The notes beneath the pieces are model-generated. The model saw only the letters and a program-made list of their open reading frames with translations, had not been told where the DNA came from and did no database searches. DNA of 64,000 nt from Macrostomum hystrix (Eukaryota > Animalia > Platyhelminthes). The stretch spans positions 10,540,001-10,604,000 of the forward strand of contig CATNEN010000039.1 in NCBI GenBank assembly GCA_950097015.1, given 5' to 3'. The translations under genes were made by a program, and so were the position numbers. Positions 10,701 through 21,765 of the stretch are shown here, piece after piece. Each line of letters starts with the position of its first letter. Positions within the stretch are counted from its first letter, which is position 1.

Positions 10701-13293
10701 CCTCAGACATAGATTCCCTAAAACCACTGAAGCCTCAGACTTTGATTCCCTGAAACCCCTGAAGCCTCAGACTTTGATTCCCTAAAACAACTGAAGCCTC
10801 TGACGTTGATTCCCTGAAACCCCTGAAGCCTCAGACATAGATTCCCTAAAACCACTGAAGCCTCACACGTTGATTCCCTGAAACTCCTGAAGCCTCAGAC
10901 TTTGATTCCCTAAAACAACTGAAGCCTCAGACGTTGATTCCCTGAAACCCCTGAAGCCTCAGACTTTGATTCCCTAAAACAACTGAAGCCTCAGACGTTG
11001 ATTCCCTGAAACCCCTGAAGCCTCAGACATAGATTCCCTAAAACCACTGAAGCCTCAGACTTTGATTCCCTAAAACAACTGAAGCCTCAGACTTTGATTC
11101 CCTAAAACAACTGAAGCCTCAGACTTTGATTCCCTAAAACCACTGAAGCCTCAGACTTTGATTCCCTGAAACCCCCCTGAAGCCTCAGACGTTGATTCCC
11201 TAAAACAACTGAAGCCGCAGACTTTGATTCCCTGAAACCCCCCTGAAGCCTCAGACGTTGATTCCCTAAAACAACTGAAGCCTCAGACATTGTTTCCCTG
11301 AAGTCCCTGAAACTCCCCCATGTTGAGTCCATAAAACCCCTGAAGACTTACATTTTGATTCCATGAAGTCCCATGTTTCATTCATTTTCTTGAAGCTCTC
11401 CCTTAAGTTTGATGCTGGAGCGTCAATGTAAATCTAGACATTGTTCGTGTTTTCATATCAGACCCGTGATCACTTGCATGTCCATTGGATTCGTTATTAA
11501 ATGTGATTACATTTTACCTTCAGAAAAACGATGCTATATATTTGCATGCATGCTTATTTAACCATTTTATTTCTATACTCGTACGTGTAGCTACCTGCAT
11601 TCGGTAAGTTTCAATTTTGTCTTCTATAGCGAAGAATAGTTCTAGAGATTTTATATAGTCTGTAAAATCAGAAATTTCTAATTCTGCATTTCATCCCAAT
11701 GGATCTGTGAAAAGTACATTTTTTCTTGGTTGCCATGCTGTGCTCCACTGTTTAAACGTCAAAAATAGCTTAAATTAGTATGTGGCTGCAACAATTTTAT
11801 ATCTTATGAGGTGTTTCGATAGTCTAAGTTCGCTTCTTTTCTCCGCTGTTCACAGTCCTTGTCTCCCCTGTTCACAGTTCTTCTCTCCCCTGTTCACAGT
11901 CCTTGTCTCCCCTGTTCACAGTTCTTCTCTCCCCTGTTCACAGTCCTTGTCTCCCCTGTTCACAGTTCTTCTCTCCCCTGTTCACAGTCCTTGTCTCCCC
12001 TGTTCACAGTCCTTGTCTCCCCTGTTCACAGTCCTTGTCTCCCCTGTTCACAGTTCTTGTCTCCCCTGTTCACAGTTCTTCTCTCCCCTGTTCACAGTCC
12101 TTGTCTCCCCTGTTCACAGTTCTTCTCTCCCCTGTTCACAGTCCTTGTCTCCCCTGTTCACAGCCATTTGACTCCCCTTTTCACAGCCCTTGTCTCCCCT
12201 GTTCACAGTCCTTGTCTCCCCTTTCCACAGCCATTTGACTCCCTGTTCACATTCTTGCCCTCTTTCAATTCCGTAGAACAATCACGGCGAAGGCTCAGCA
12301 CGAAAGCAGCGACTTTAGCGTATTCGACGGCATGGCCTGCCGCGGCGCTCCTGAGTTTGTCGTTAGCGGCGGCCGCCTGGTTGTTGACGAACGCCAGCTG
12401 CGCGTCACCCAGGGCGCCGGCCGGTTCGTTCAGATGCCGGCCTTCGCAGTGCACGCCTTCGGCCGCATCGATAAGCGCGAACGGGCCAAAGCGGCTGACC
12501 AGCTGCCCGTGACCAGGGCCGCCTACGACGGACCAGTGGCCGAGATCAAGGGTGACCAGGTGATTGATCAATCTTTACGATAAGGCGGTGTTGCTAGTAG
12601 ATATTACACTTCTTTTGTCTCGATTTTATTAACATTCTTAATAAACCGCTTTGGATTTTTCTAGATCGTGTGGCCCTATTGCTGTCTGTAAATAGAAAGT
12701 TGCGTCATCAGGCGCATAGTAGGGGTTTCCCGGGCAGAGAGCTGTGTTGCTATAAATAGAAAGTTGCGTCATCAGGCGCATAATAGGGGTTTCCCGGGCA
12801 GAGCGGTGTGTTGCTATAAATAGAAAGCTACATCATCGGGCGCATAGTAGGGGTTTCCCTGGCAGAGAGCTGTGTTGCTAAAAATAGAAAGTTACGTCAT
12901 CAGGCGCATAGTAGGGGTTTCCCGGGCAGAGCGGTGTGTTGCTATAAATAGAAAGTTTCATCATCAGATATGTCATCACGCCAGCAAGAGTTTCCAAGAG
13001 CGGAGCGTGTTACTGAAATTTAAATGCGCAAAGCGCTATACAGCGATGTACTGACATAAGTTTTTTAATCACCGCCTCTCCCTAATTTCCAGTCGAAAGT
13101 GCCGGCTCGTCCCCACAACCCGATAACGCCCGAAGACTTTCATCATCGTCCGCCAACTCGCGGCGGCGGTCGCGACATGCAGGAGAGCTCATTCAGCCTG
13201 TCCGGAGCTCAGATTGACGATAAGCGGCCTTCTAAATCGGGCATTCGCACCAACCAGCCGCCTGGAGGTGCCAGCTCCGGTGGTCTCTGGTAG
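7752..13293 (+). CDS. CRMP: Collapsin response mediator protein / dihydropyrimidinase-like (CRMP/UNC-33 type), ~590 aa, 6 exons
   Basis: Exons 7752-7974, 8194-8603, 9005-9271, 10028-10416, 12277-12559, 13093-13293; all GT-AG with matching phases, total 1773 nt. Motifs RLLIKGGRIVN, PGGIDAHTRFQ, AALAGGTTMVID, QVHAENG, GRIAVGSDADIVVW and the CRMP tail SSFSLSGAQIDD...PPGG. Confidence 0.93.
7988..8075 (+). repeat. CTGAC-rich short tandem repeat at the 5' end of CRMP intron 1
   Basis: Repeated CTGACCTGACCCAG(C/A)C units starting ~14 nt after the donor at 7975. Confidence 0.8.
9690..9830 (+). mobile_element. tRNA-derived SINE relic (family 2)
   Basis: A-box-like TAGCCCATTAGT and B-box AGTTCGAATCCC, followed by CTGGGTACC. 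No full cloverleaf. Confidence 0.4.
10575..11345. repeat. 31-33-bp minisatellite in CRMP intron 4
   Basis: Unit GAAGCCTCAGAC(TTT/GTT/ATA)GATTCCCT(A/G)AAAC..CT repeated more than 20 times. Confidence 0.95.
11846..12250 (+). repeat. 22-bp pyrimidine-rich minisatellite just upstream of the CRMP exon-5 acceptor
   Basis: Unit TCCTTGTCTCCCCTGTTCACAG / TTCTTCTCTCCCCTGTTCACAG, ~18 copies. Confidence 0.95.
12688..12968. repeat. 63-65-bp tandem repeat (~4.5 units) in CRMP intron 5
   Basis: AAATAGAAAG..CATCAGGCGCATAGTAGGGGTTTCCCGGGCAGAG recurs five times (last copy partial). Confidence 0.9.
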
Positions 13294-13679
13294 TTTCTTT
13301 ATTCGGCTTTGTGACCGTTTTTTAAAGACAATTCTTTTATTTACTACTGAGCATCGCTACTGGCTTGTGAAGCTGTTTTTTTACTAAACTACAAAATGCT
13401 TGCATGCTGCTTGCTGTGTTAACTTTTGTTATACTCATATTAACCATGAAATAGCTTACACAGCTATATTAATAGTACGAGTATTTATTCGTGTTATATC
13501 ATGTTTATACACAAGATGATTATTATTCCGTAAATAACTATGGATCTTAACCAGTAGCTATTCAATGTTTTTATGTGAACACTTTTTGTTTATTATTAAT
13601 ATATATATAGTCAAATTTTACGAAATGGATCGCTTGTTTTGGCTTAGTTTCTGAAATAAACATAGATATGTATTGGTCA

Positions 13680-13797
13680 GTGGCAGAGCGGTCCAACGCG
13701 TTCGCCTCTCGCACCAAGGTCCCTGAGCTCGATTCCGCGGCGAGGCCCACATTCATTCGGTGCGCAGCCGCGGAGAGAAGGCTCGGTGGCTTGTAAT
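13680..13797 (+). mobile_element. tRNA-derived SINE family 1, 5' part only
   Basis: GTGGCAGAGCGG (A box), GAGCTCGATTCC (B box) and GCAGCCGCGGAGAGAAGGCT, homologous to 14832-15172. Confidence 0.75.
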
Positions 13798-13895
13798 TTG
13801 TACAAGAACTAAAGAGTGCACACTAAAAAAGTAAATTAACATTCATTGGCGCTTTCAACCATGGACAATATTGTAGAGACATATATACGGTAGAT

Positions 13896-14106
13896 CAGGG
13901 GTCGGCAAACTCCGGCCCGCGGGCCAGATGCGGCCCTCGAAGCTCCCAAATCCGGCCCGTTGCCCCTTCTGACATCTACAGTGTCCTGTTTCATCTCTCT
14001 CGTGTCCAATCTCTCCCCTATCTCATATTTATACATTCAATGCGGCCCGCTGTCGTCTTTTAGGTTCTCTCTTTGGCCCGCCAGCAAATAAGTTTGCCTA
14101 CCCCTG
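13896..14106. mobile_element. hAT (Buster/Charlie-type) MITE, 211 bp
   Basis: 16-bp TIR CAGGGGTCGGCAAACT / AGTTTGCCTACCCCTG (1 mismatch). Perfect 8-bp TSD CGGTAGAT (13888-13895, 14107-14114) with central TA. Internal GGCCCG subterminal motifs. Confidence 0.92.
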
Positions 14107-14831
14107 CGGTAGATCAAGAGTAGCACCATATACATGGGTGGATGTGTCGGCCCTAAAATCTATGGAGCTAAGAAGTTGTACACTTGTATTCGATCCGAAA
14201 CACATTTTATAGAAGCGCCTATTAGCGTTTTTTTCTATTGTGTTAGTTGCGTTTCGATTTTGTTGCGTATTTTAGCAGTATTTTATTTCGCTTACCTAGC
14301 TATGATCTCACTCCCAGTTGAGTACCCAGCCATGACCAGTTCGTCTAGAATCTATCTATCGCGTGTTGTATCTGTGCTTTTCAGTTTATTTAATTAAAAC
14401 CTTAATTAGTCGTTAGTCGTTAGTTTGAGTTTTTCATTTAATATCTCTTTTGGATGCTTTTTGTTAATTTAATTAAGTTTTCGCCTGTCTGCTTGGTCAC
14501 ATGCTAGTTTCTAAGTCGTTTTATATATTTTATTAAAGCTTCATTTTAACATATTTTGCATCCACGAATATCCCAGTCTGTGTTCACCTCTAAGCGCATG
14601 CCATTCGCAACCTGTTTTATTCTACAATTTTATTGGCAATAATAATCTCAAACATTATTAGTACGTTTTTAATTTTAATTTACTAATAAACAAGTCGCAT
14701 CGATCTCCTTTTGTTTTTAGCTTGCTATAAAGCTTATATTTAATTGGTTTATTCGAAATTGTCCTTCTGCTTTCCTGTTTTACATTGAGTAGATAGAAGT
14801 AGTCTTTGTGTCGGTGGCAAGGTGACGCGGG

Positions 14832-15172
14832 CGGGGGTTGGTGGCAGAGCGGTTAACGCGTTTGCCTCTCGCACCACGGTCCCTAAGTTCAATTCCACGG
14901 CGAGGTCACATTTATTTGGGGCGCAGCCGCGGAGAGAAGGCTTGGGGGCTTGTCGTGCAATTTACGCCCTTGACGGCCAATTTCCAAGGCGCAGTGAAAC
15001 AGATGTACACACCTGTGTGAACGTATGCCTGCGTACAGTATCTGTGTGCGTGTGTGCTCAGGAGTCAGCGAAATGGGCAGAATTGCCTCCTCGCTGGCTG
15101 CGGGTCTAGTGTCAGTTAACGATGTGCCATTGCCTGCAGCCCTCCTGCAATTATTATTATTATTATTAATAT
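14832..15172 (+). mobile_element. Full-length tRNA-derived SINE family 1 with (ATT)n tail and TSD
   Basis: A box TGGCAGAGCGG, B box AGTTCAATTCC and (ATT)n tail at 15150-15170. Flanked by a 13-bp direct repeat AAGGTGACGCGGG at 14819-14831 and 15173-15185. Confidence 0.88.
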
Positions 15173-16251
15173 AAGGTGACGCGGGATTCGTTGTACATGA
15201 CTTGGTGCTGTCCGTCTAATGGAACTAGCGTGCTGCGGCTCTACGCTCAATCCTCTTCTGGTATTGGAGCTGGAGCTAATGCTTAGACACTTCACTGTCT
15301 GCGAATTGGGAGTCGAACCCTAGAGCGCACGCGCGGAATACAGGAGTCTACAGGGAGTCTAACTCTGTAATTCAAGATTTTCCAGGTAGTACATCCCAGA
15401 AAGCGCGCTCCAAGGAATTGATATGATTGTCCGGTTCTCTTAACAATAACTAGCACGACATCACGAACTCGCCTAACTCAAATGAATGAGTATTGGCAGG
15501 ATTACCGCAGGTTCCTCTGCTTGGAGACTTCTTGTTACTTTTCTTTCGTGCTCAATCGACTCACCTCTCTTGGAGGGTCCCGTCGATGACTCGAAAAATC
15601 GCTTGTATTTACTGCTTTTTCGAGGGAACCACCTGTCAACCTGTCAACCTTTATTTTCGCATGGGAGGCTGGTGATTTTAACATGATTGATGGATGACCT
15701 ATCTAAAATTGCGACTCGTCACTGTCATTTGTAGTCGGCTTCCCTTGATCTTAAAATAACTAACTGATCGACAGGTGACAAGTTCAGGTGACTATCAGTT
15801 GCTTTAAGTATTTTTATGCGCACAATATACTATACTACTACTAGCGTATGAGAAGAATGAAATCGAGTTTTGTGTTTCTTTTACATTACTCTACACGGGG
15901 CGGATGAAAATTGTTTAAATCTATTTCTTCATAAGACGCTCACAAATAGCCCTTTCAACGTAGGTTTTGCTTTTAGTTGCACTCCATACGAATATACCCA
16001 CCTGTACCGCCTGCCGAAGGAACGGAAAACAATTCGAAGCATTTCCTATATGTTCTTACCTGCTAACTATTCTTCGAATGGGCTAATTAATTCTATTAAT
16101 TCTATTAATTCTATTAATTCCAGCTGCTGCTATACAAATGGTATTAGTGTGCGCTAGTGGGCCGTATGCAGTTGCCTACCAACTGGTTTTATAAGACCTA
16201 CTAGGAAATTGACTAGATTAACTTGAAGCATACACACAGCCTGAAGTTGCA

Positions 16252-19200
16252 ATGGATCTAGCGACTATTACTTTTGCCGATCAAGCCCTCGAGGAAGCCA
16301 ATTCGTCTCCGTCTCAAAATCTCAAAGGTAGACACACTTTGAGGAGTTGGTCCTACTTATTGCGGGCTGCTTAGCTGCTTACCACATTGTGAACACCAAG
16401 GACTACTAAATTAACTACTAACTACTCGGCTGATCACTAATGGTCCTTGGTGTACTCTAGTATTCTAGTATCTGTGGTAGGAACAAGCATGAGTAATGTT
16501 TAACAGTTGGCTCGTGAAAGCAGGCATGCGACCAGAACTGAAAATTGCTACTTAGCGTACTTTACTCATACGAGTACTTTACAACCCTTTAGAGTTTTTA
16601 GAGAGCCTGCTATACTATTTAAGGTGTAAGTTAAAACATACGTATTTACGTTTTCAAAGAGATTTTTTTCATTGTACGTGCAATTATTAATAAAATTTTG
16701 CAGACGAAAGCCAACCTCGCCAGAAGGGAGCTCATGCCGAAGGTCCAGACAAGCGGGACATCAGCGGTAGGACTGCCTTCCTGAGAGCCGTCAAGCAGGG
16801 CGACTTTGATACTGTGGAAGACTACCTGAACCGTGAAGATGATGCATTAGTGATGGACAAGGACAACTGCGGCAGGAACGCACTGATTCTGGCGGCCATC
16901 AAGTCAGACGCCAAGATGACTGACCTCTTGCTGAAGTTCTGTGAAATCAACTGCCAGGTCAGTTTATGATTTTTTGTCCAAAAACCAAAAAATCTGCTTC
17001 TGCGTGTCCGATTAAACTTTTTTAAGTGACAGTTTGACCTAAATGAGCGTTCCCAAGGTCAGAAAAACAAGAAATTTAGTACCGGTAATAAGCTGCACTT
17101 GCCAATAACATGCAAATTAGTCATTGTCAGTAAGAGTTGGTAGTCAGGGACCTTGTTGCCCAGTCATTAAAGCTTCAGACTTCTGACTGACAAGAGTCAG
17201 TTTGACCAATACACTTAATAGCGTGTTTATTTAAATCGATAAAAACTATACATAGCATGGAACAACTGTGCAGCTGTCAAGATAGGATCAACGTGCTTTT
17301 TTACGTTGTTTACATCGCAATTGGCGCTCTCTAACTGCACTTTTCTCCTTTCTCCGCTGTTTAAATCTTAAATTCATTATCAAATTCTTATTCTTCTCTT
17401 CTCTCTCTTTCTCTCGTCTCCGATTGGCTCGCTGTTCTTCTGTCTTTCCTCACCCCCTTCCTTTTAATCTCTTACCCTCCGGCTCCGGCCCGACCAATCA
17501 GAACCATATCTCTTGTCACTTAAATAATATGTATTCATGACCTTAGAGGTTCGTAGCTCGTACACACACTCTCTCTAGGCTTCAAGTCGTAAATACGATG
17601 GTCTCTTGACTGTCTTGGGATTGCCTATCCGGAGAGGGCATGGGTCGTTTCTTGAGCCGACACGTGTTGCAAACGCCTTGGCATCAAGCAGCCGTCCGGA
17701 GGACCGTCTGCTCAACGATGATAAATCAATCCCGGGGTGGTGTCTCCCTTTGTCCCCGGTCCCGGGCCCGGCGATGAGGCTGGACCTACCCATGAGGTGT
17801 CAGGACTTGCTGACACCCTGACACCCATGTGGAATTCGGTATCCTACCCAAGTGGTTACGGTCCAGGCTCCGAACTGGCTCTGTGGTGGCATTTCCCGGC
17901 ACCAATAAATCTCTATCTAGGCCTCAATTCCCTCTAGCAACTTCGGTTGCAGCCCATGTAAGAGCGCTTCCCAGTAAGGTTCTGCAGCTTCCCTGTGGGC
18001 GTCTGTGCGTCCTGGGGTGGTCCTGAGACCGCAGATCCCTATTGGTGAGACGGTGTCCTATCCATGGGAGTCCTAGCAGTCCTAGGCTGGGAGATCTAAA
18101 TCCTTCAGCCATTCAATCCTAACCCGCCATTAGCCGGACCCTTTTGCCTTCATTAGGCTGACTTATTGCGTAGAGCCCAGTTTGGGCTGATCTGCCGGGA
18201 AACTGCAAAGCCATTTAACAACAAAGACAGTCTCCTGCTGCGAAAGAAAGTGCTTTGCTGGTTTATTTGCTGAATAATTATATCCCCATATTCTAGGACA
18301 TCCAAGGCTGCACCGCGCTCGCGCACGCTGTCATGCTCAACGCGCCAATGGTGGTTCGTCGCTTACTCGAAGCCCAGGCCGATTACCGGCTCGCAGATTG
18401 CTTAGGCAACACGCCGATTATTCTAAGCGCCAAGGCAGGACACCAGGATGCTCTAGAGCTGTTTGCCAATTTTGTCAAAGATCCAGCTGACTGGAAAGTT
18501 GTTGGAGAGCTCGACCTCACTGCCGAGGAGTGGGCCGAACGTCGAGGCCACACTAAAGTACTGCAGTTTATCAGAGAGACAGTACGAGAATTGACAGGCC
18601 AAAGCACATATGGTGCAGAAGGGCGTGCTTGCAGCGACGCAAACGGCCGCGGAAAAGATGACAGAGGCGATGAAGGAGACGGTGGAACAGATGATGGAGA
18701 AGAAGGTTGCGAAGGAGGATGCAGCGGAGGAGGAGCTGGAGGAGGAGCTGGAGGAGGAGGAGGAGCTGGAGGAGGAGCTGGAGGAGGAGCTGGAGGAGGA
18801 GGAGGAGCTGGAGGAGGAGGAGGAGCTGGAGGAGGAGGAGGAGCTGGAGGAGGAGGAGGAGCTGGAGGAGGAGGAGGAGCTGGAGGAGGAGGAGGAGCTG
18901 GAGGAGGAGCTGGAGGAGGAGCTGGAGGAGGAGGAGGAGCTGGAGGAGGAGCTGGAGGAGGAGGAGGAGCTGGAGGAGGAGCTAGAGGAGGAGCTGGAGG
19001 AGGAGCTGGAGGAGGAGCTGGAGGAGGAGCTGGAGGACGAGGAGGAGCTGGAGGAGGAGCTGGAGGAGGAGCTGGAGGAGGAGGAGGAGCTGGAGGAGGA
19101 GGAGGAGGAGAAGAAGGGGGAGGAGGAGGCGACGCTGAGGATGGTGCTAGGCGCGAGTCTCGCAACGTACCATCGAACTTGAACATCGGCAAGGCGCAGT

Positions 19201-19820
19201 ATAGGCTTGACAGTAGAGAGGCCTATATTGTGTTAGTTAGAAGGATTCAACCAAAGGCCGGAGAGATCCTCAATTCGGATATGCAGGCTACCTTACCGAT
19301 TGACAGCTGCATCTCAAGGATTATTCGTAGGCTTGAAATGTCTTTAGTTGAGAAGCTTGTCGTCGAAACGGCGGAAGAAATCTCTGCCCAAAATATTGAT
19401 GAATTCATCACTAATCGCAGAGGCCTTGGGGCACTGTTCCTTGTGGACTTTTGCGCAGTGGCCTATCAACACAGGCAAGAACTCTTGCGCAACAGAGCGG
19501 ATGTCAACATGTTCGTTTTGCAGGGCTACCTTGAAATCCCTGCAGATGACCATGAAAGGGTCACTAGTTCACCAGTTCCAACGGCTGACAGTCATTCAGA
19601 TTCCTTATATATCTGCAGCCACTCGAAGGGAGAGAACCTTCAAGGTAGCTGCTATTTCACCTGTTTTGAAAATGTATTGGTAGAATTAGCCAATACAAGA
19701 GTCAGCGAGGAGTTTACACACTCGTTACTCCGCATCCGCGCTGAAGTGCAGAAGCTGACTAGCAACCAACAGAATCCATACTTCGTCAACTTTCTGAACA
19801 AGCTACTCTATATTTTGTGA
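16252..19820 (+). CDS. Ankyrin-repeat protein with Gly-rich linker and C-terminal degenerate caspase-like domain, ~617 aa, 3 exons
   Basis: Exons 16252-16327, 16704-16957, 18297-19820 (phases 1 and 0 consistent, 1854 nt). Ankyrin motifs GRTAFLRAVKQG, GRNALILAAIK, GCTALAHAVML, GNTPIILSAKAG, LTAEEWAERRGH. The C-terminus resembles a caspase p10. Exon 1 is the least certain. Confidence 0.8.
18725..19128 (+). repeat. (GGA)nGCT coding repeat (Gly/Ala linker)
   Basis: GGAGGAGGAGCT-type units in frame with the ankyrin ORF. Confidence 0.95.
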
Positions 19821-21765
19821 GCGTTCCTTCGAGAGCTCAGAATGGCACTTTTGTCAGACGTCACTCGAACTCATTCAAAGCACGAGTTGTTTGCGAGTTC
19901 TTTCCTTTATATGAAATAACTAAGAAGCATCACTTCAAAAATTGTTTGAACATTTTTTTGCTTTCTTTGCGGTGAAAAACTTTTTTTTGAAAATTCTATT
20001 ACTGCCTGCCTTTCAATAATGATTTTTGCTCTTCAAATAATTTTCCGTTTAAAGTTAAAAATCCGTTTAATTTCGCCAACTCTTCAGACAATCGAGATAT
20101 TCAATGTTTCTGGCCGAAGGTCAGGTTTTTCCCATAAGCGCTAGTGCATTTCATACACCCCTATACGAGCGTACACGAATTAGCACTGCGCCTCAGTGCG
20201 GCCTTGCCAGGCCTTCAAAATTTATCAGCATGTCATCCGAATGTGCCTTGTATAATATCGTCTTCGGTGGTCACCTACCTTTATCTAGACGGATTTGTTG
20301 GACCTTTAAGGCCTAGAACAGGTGAAAATAGGCCACTATGGACACCCTGGCGCGAATTTCTCCAATTTCACTGATCAAGTCTAAATATTAGGCGCAGCTG
20401 AACCACAGTACACCATTGACTAGTCTGTAAACCAATCAGTCACCACCCAATGCTGTTAGCATTCAGGCGCTGCCAAAAAAATCAGGGAGGGGGAATTCCC
20501 CCTTGTTATAAAAACGGGCGGCAAAGTGGCTTGGTAGTCCTACTGTTAAAGGTGAAATCATAACGAAAAGTGGCAGTAAGAAATCGTTAAAGATTGCGAC
20601 TGTTGCGTCCCTCTCTGCTTTAGAAGTCGATAGTTGAATGAAAATCTAATTAGCTATCACCACGGGTACTATATTTAACACTATAATTCATGATAATATT
20701 ATAAATATTGGTGCTACAAAAAGTTTAATTGACATGTACTTCCATTTTGATTGTTATGTTTTATCAATGAAATGCAGAGTTGTTATTTAATATTTTTCAA
20801 GCTTTCAAGGAAGTGCAAACTTTTCTATTTAATATCACTATATTAGTGAATTCTGTAATAATTGCACCGGTACAAATAAAATATTTTTTCTTTTTTCGTT
20901 TTAGTTGTCCCTGTAATAACTGCTTTTCTATGCTTAGAAACACATTTTTACTCAAGAGTAAATCAACGAACTTTTTACTCGCAAAAAGCGATTCTTAAAA
21001 CGGAATTAAAATAAATAAATAAATATAAGCCATACACGTAAATCCATATATATGTACATAAAGCTTTGGTAAATTTCACTAATGTAATAATACGTTTAAA
21101 CAAAATTATAACAAAATGTCAAAACATAACTTTCTTATATTTTTACTACTCTACTCACAGTAGAAGTTGTGGAAAATCGTGACAAAAAAAGAAATGAGAA
21201 TAATGTATGATCTCTTTGTATTAGCTCGAGCATTAACTCGCATATTCTACCGACTATGAAAACTTCATCGCTTGATTGTGAATATATTTTGAATCATAAA
21301 AATGTCATTATGCGTGGGCCTGTGCCCTGTGCAATGAAGTTCGAAGCCAGCTTTCACGATCTAACGATTCCCCTGTATTGATGTTGACAGAGCCATCTGC
21401 CCATACTCACAGTTTCTCGTCTGATGAATGACAAAATAAGTCAGAACGTTTCGTCAGAAGCTCGAGTGCAGAGTTTGTAGAATTGATAATTGGGCTGAAG
21501 GTTTTCAACAGTTTCTGGGGAAATTTTCTATGCCAAGTCACGCTTGGTTGTCGATGGATTCAATTTCTTGCTTATCAGTTTTTGTACGCAGCGTTTTTCA
21601 TGGCTATTTTGAGTTATCCACGAGGGTAAATCGATTATTTTTATAATTTCTTGTTCCATCGACACAGCATCACAAGCTTTTCGTGTGACTGAAAGATGCA
21701 CAATCGAAAAAAATGTATGCACAGTCAGCTAGGCATAGACTGTTCCTTCTCACAAGTGAGAACTG

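Noticed and set aside
13680-13750. tRNA gene candidates (also ~9690, 14840, 29480-29553)
   Set aside because: A/B boxes are present but there is no complete cloverleaf; they continue into SINE bodies.
17750-17785. CCGGTCCCGGGCCCGG resembling a twister-ribozyme P4 within a GC-rich intronic stretch (17520-18150)
   Set aside because: Lacks the upstream UAA cleavage motif and the downstream GAGGG. The stretch may be TE-derived but could not be classified.
18383-19192. Pro-rich antisense ORF and Glu- or Arg-rich alternative-frame ORFs
   Set aside because: Shadows of the (GGA)nGCT repeat; only the Gly frame links the ankyrin repeats to the C-terminal domain.
21410-21470. CTGATGA followed by a short stem, hammerhead-ribozyme-like
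   Set aside because: Has GAAC rather than GAAA and no complementary stem I after the putative GUC.
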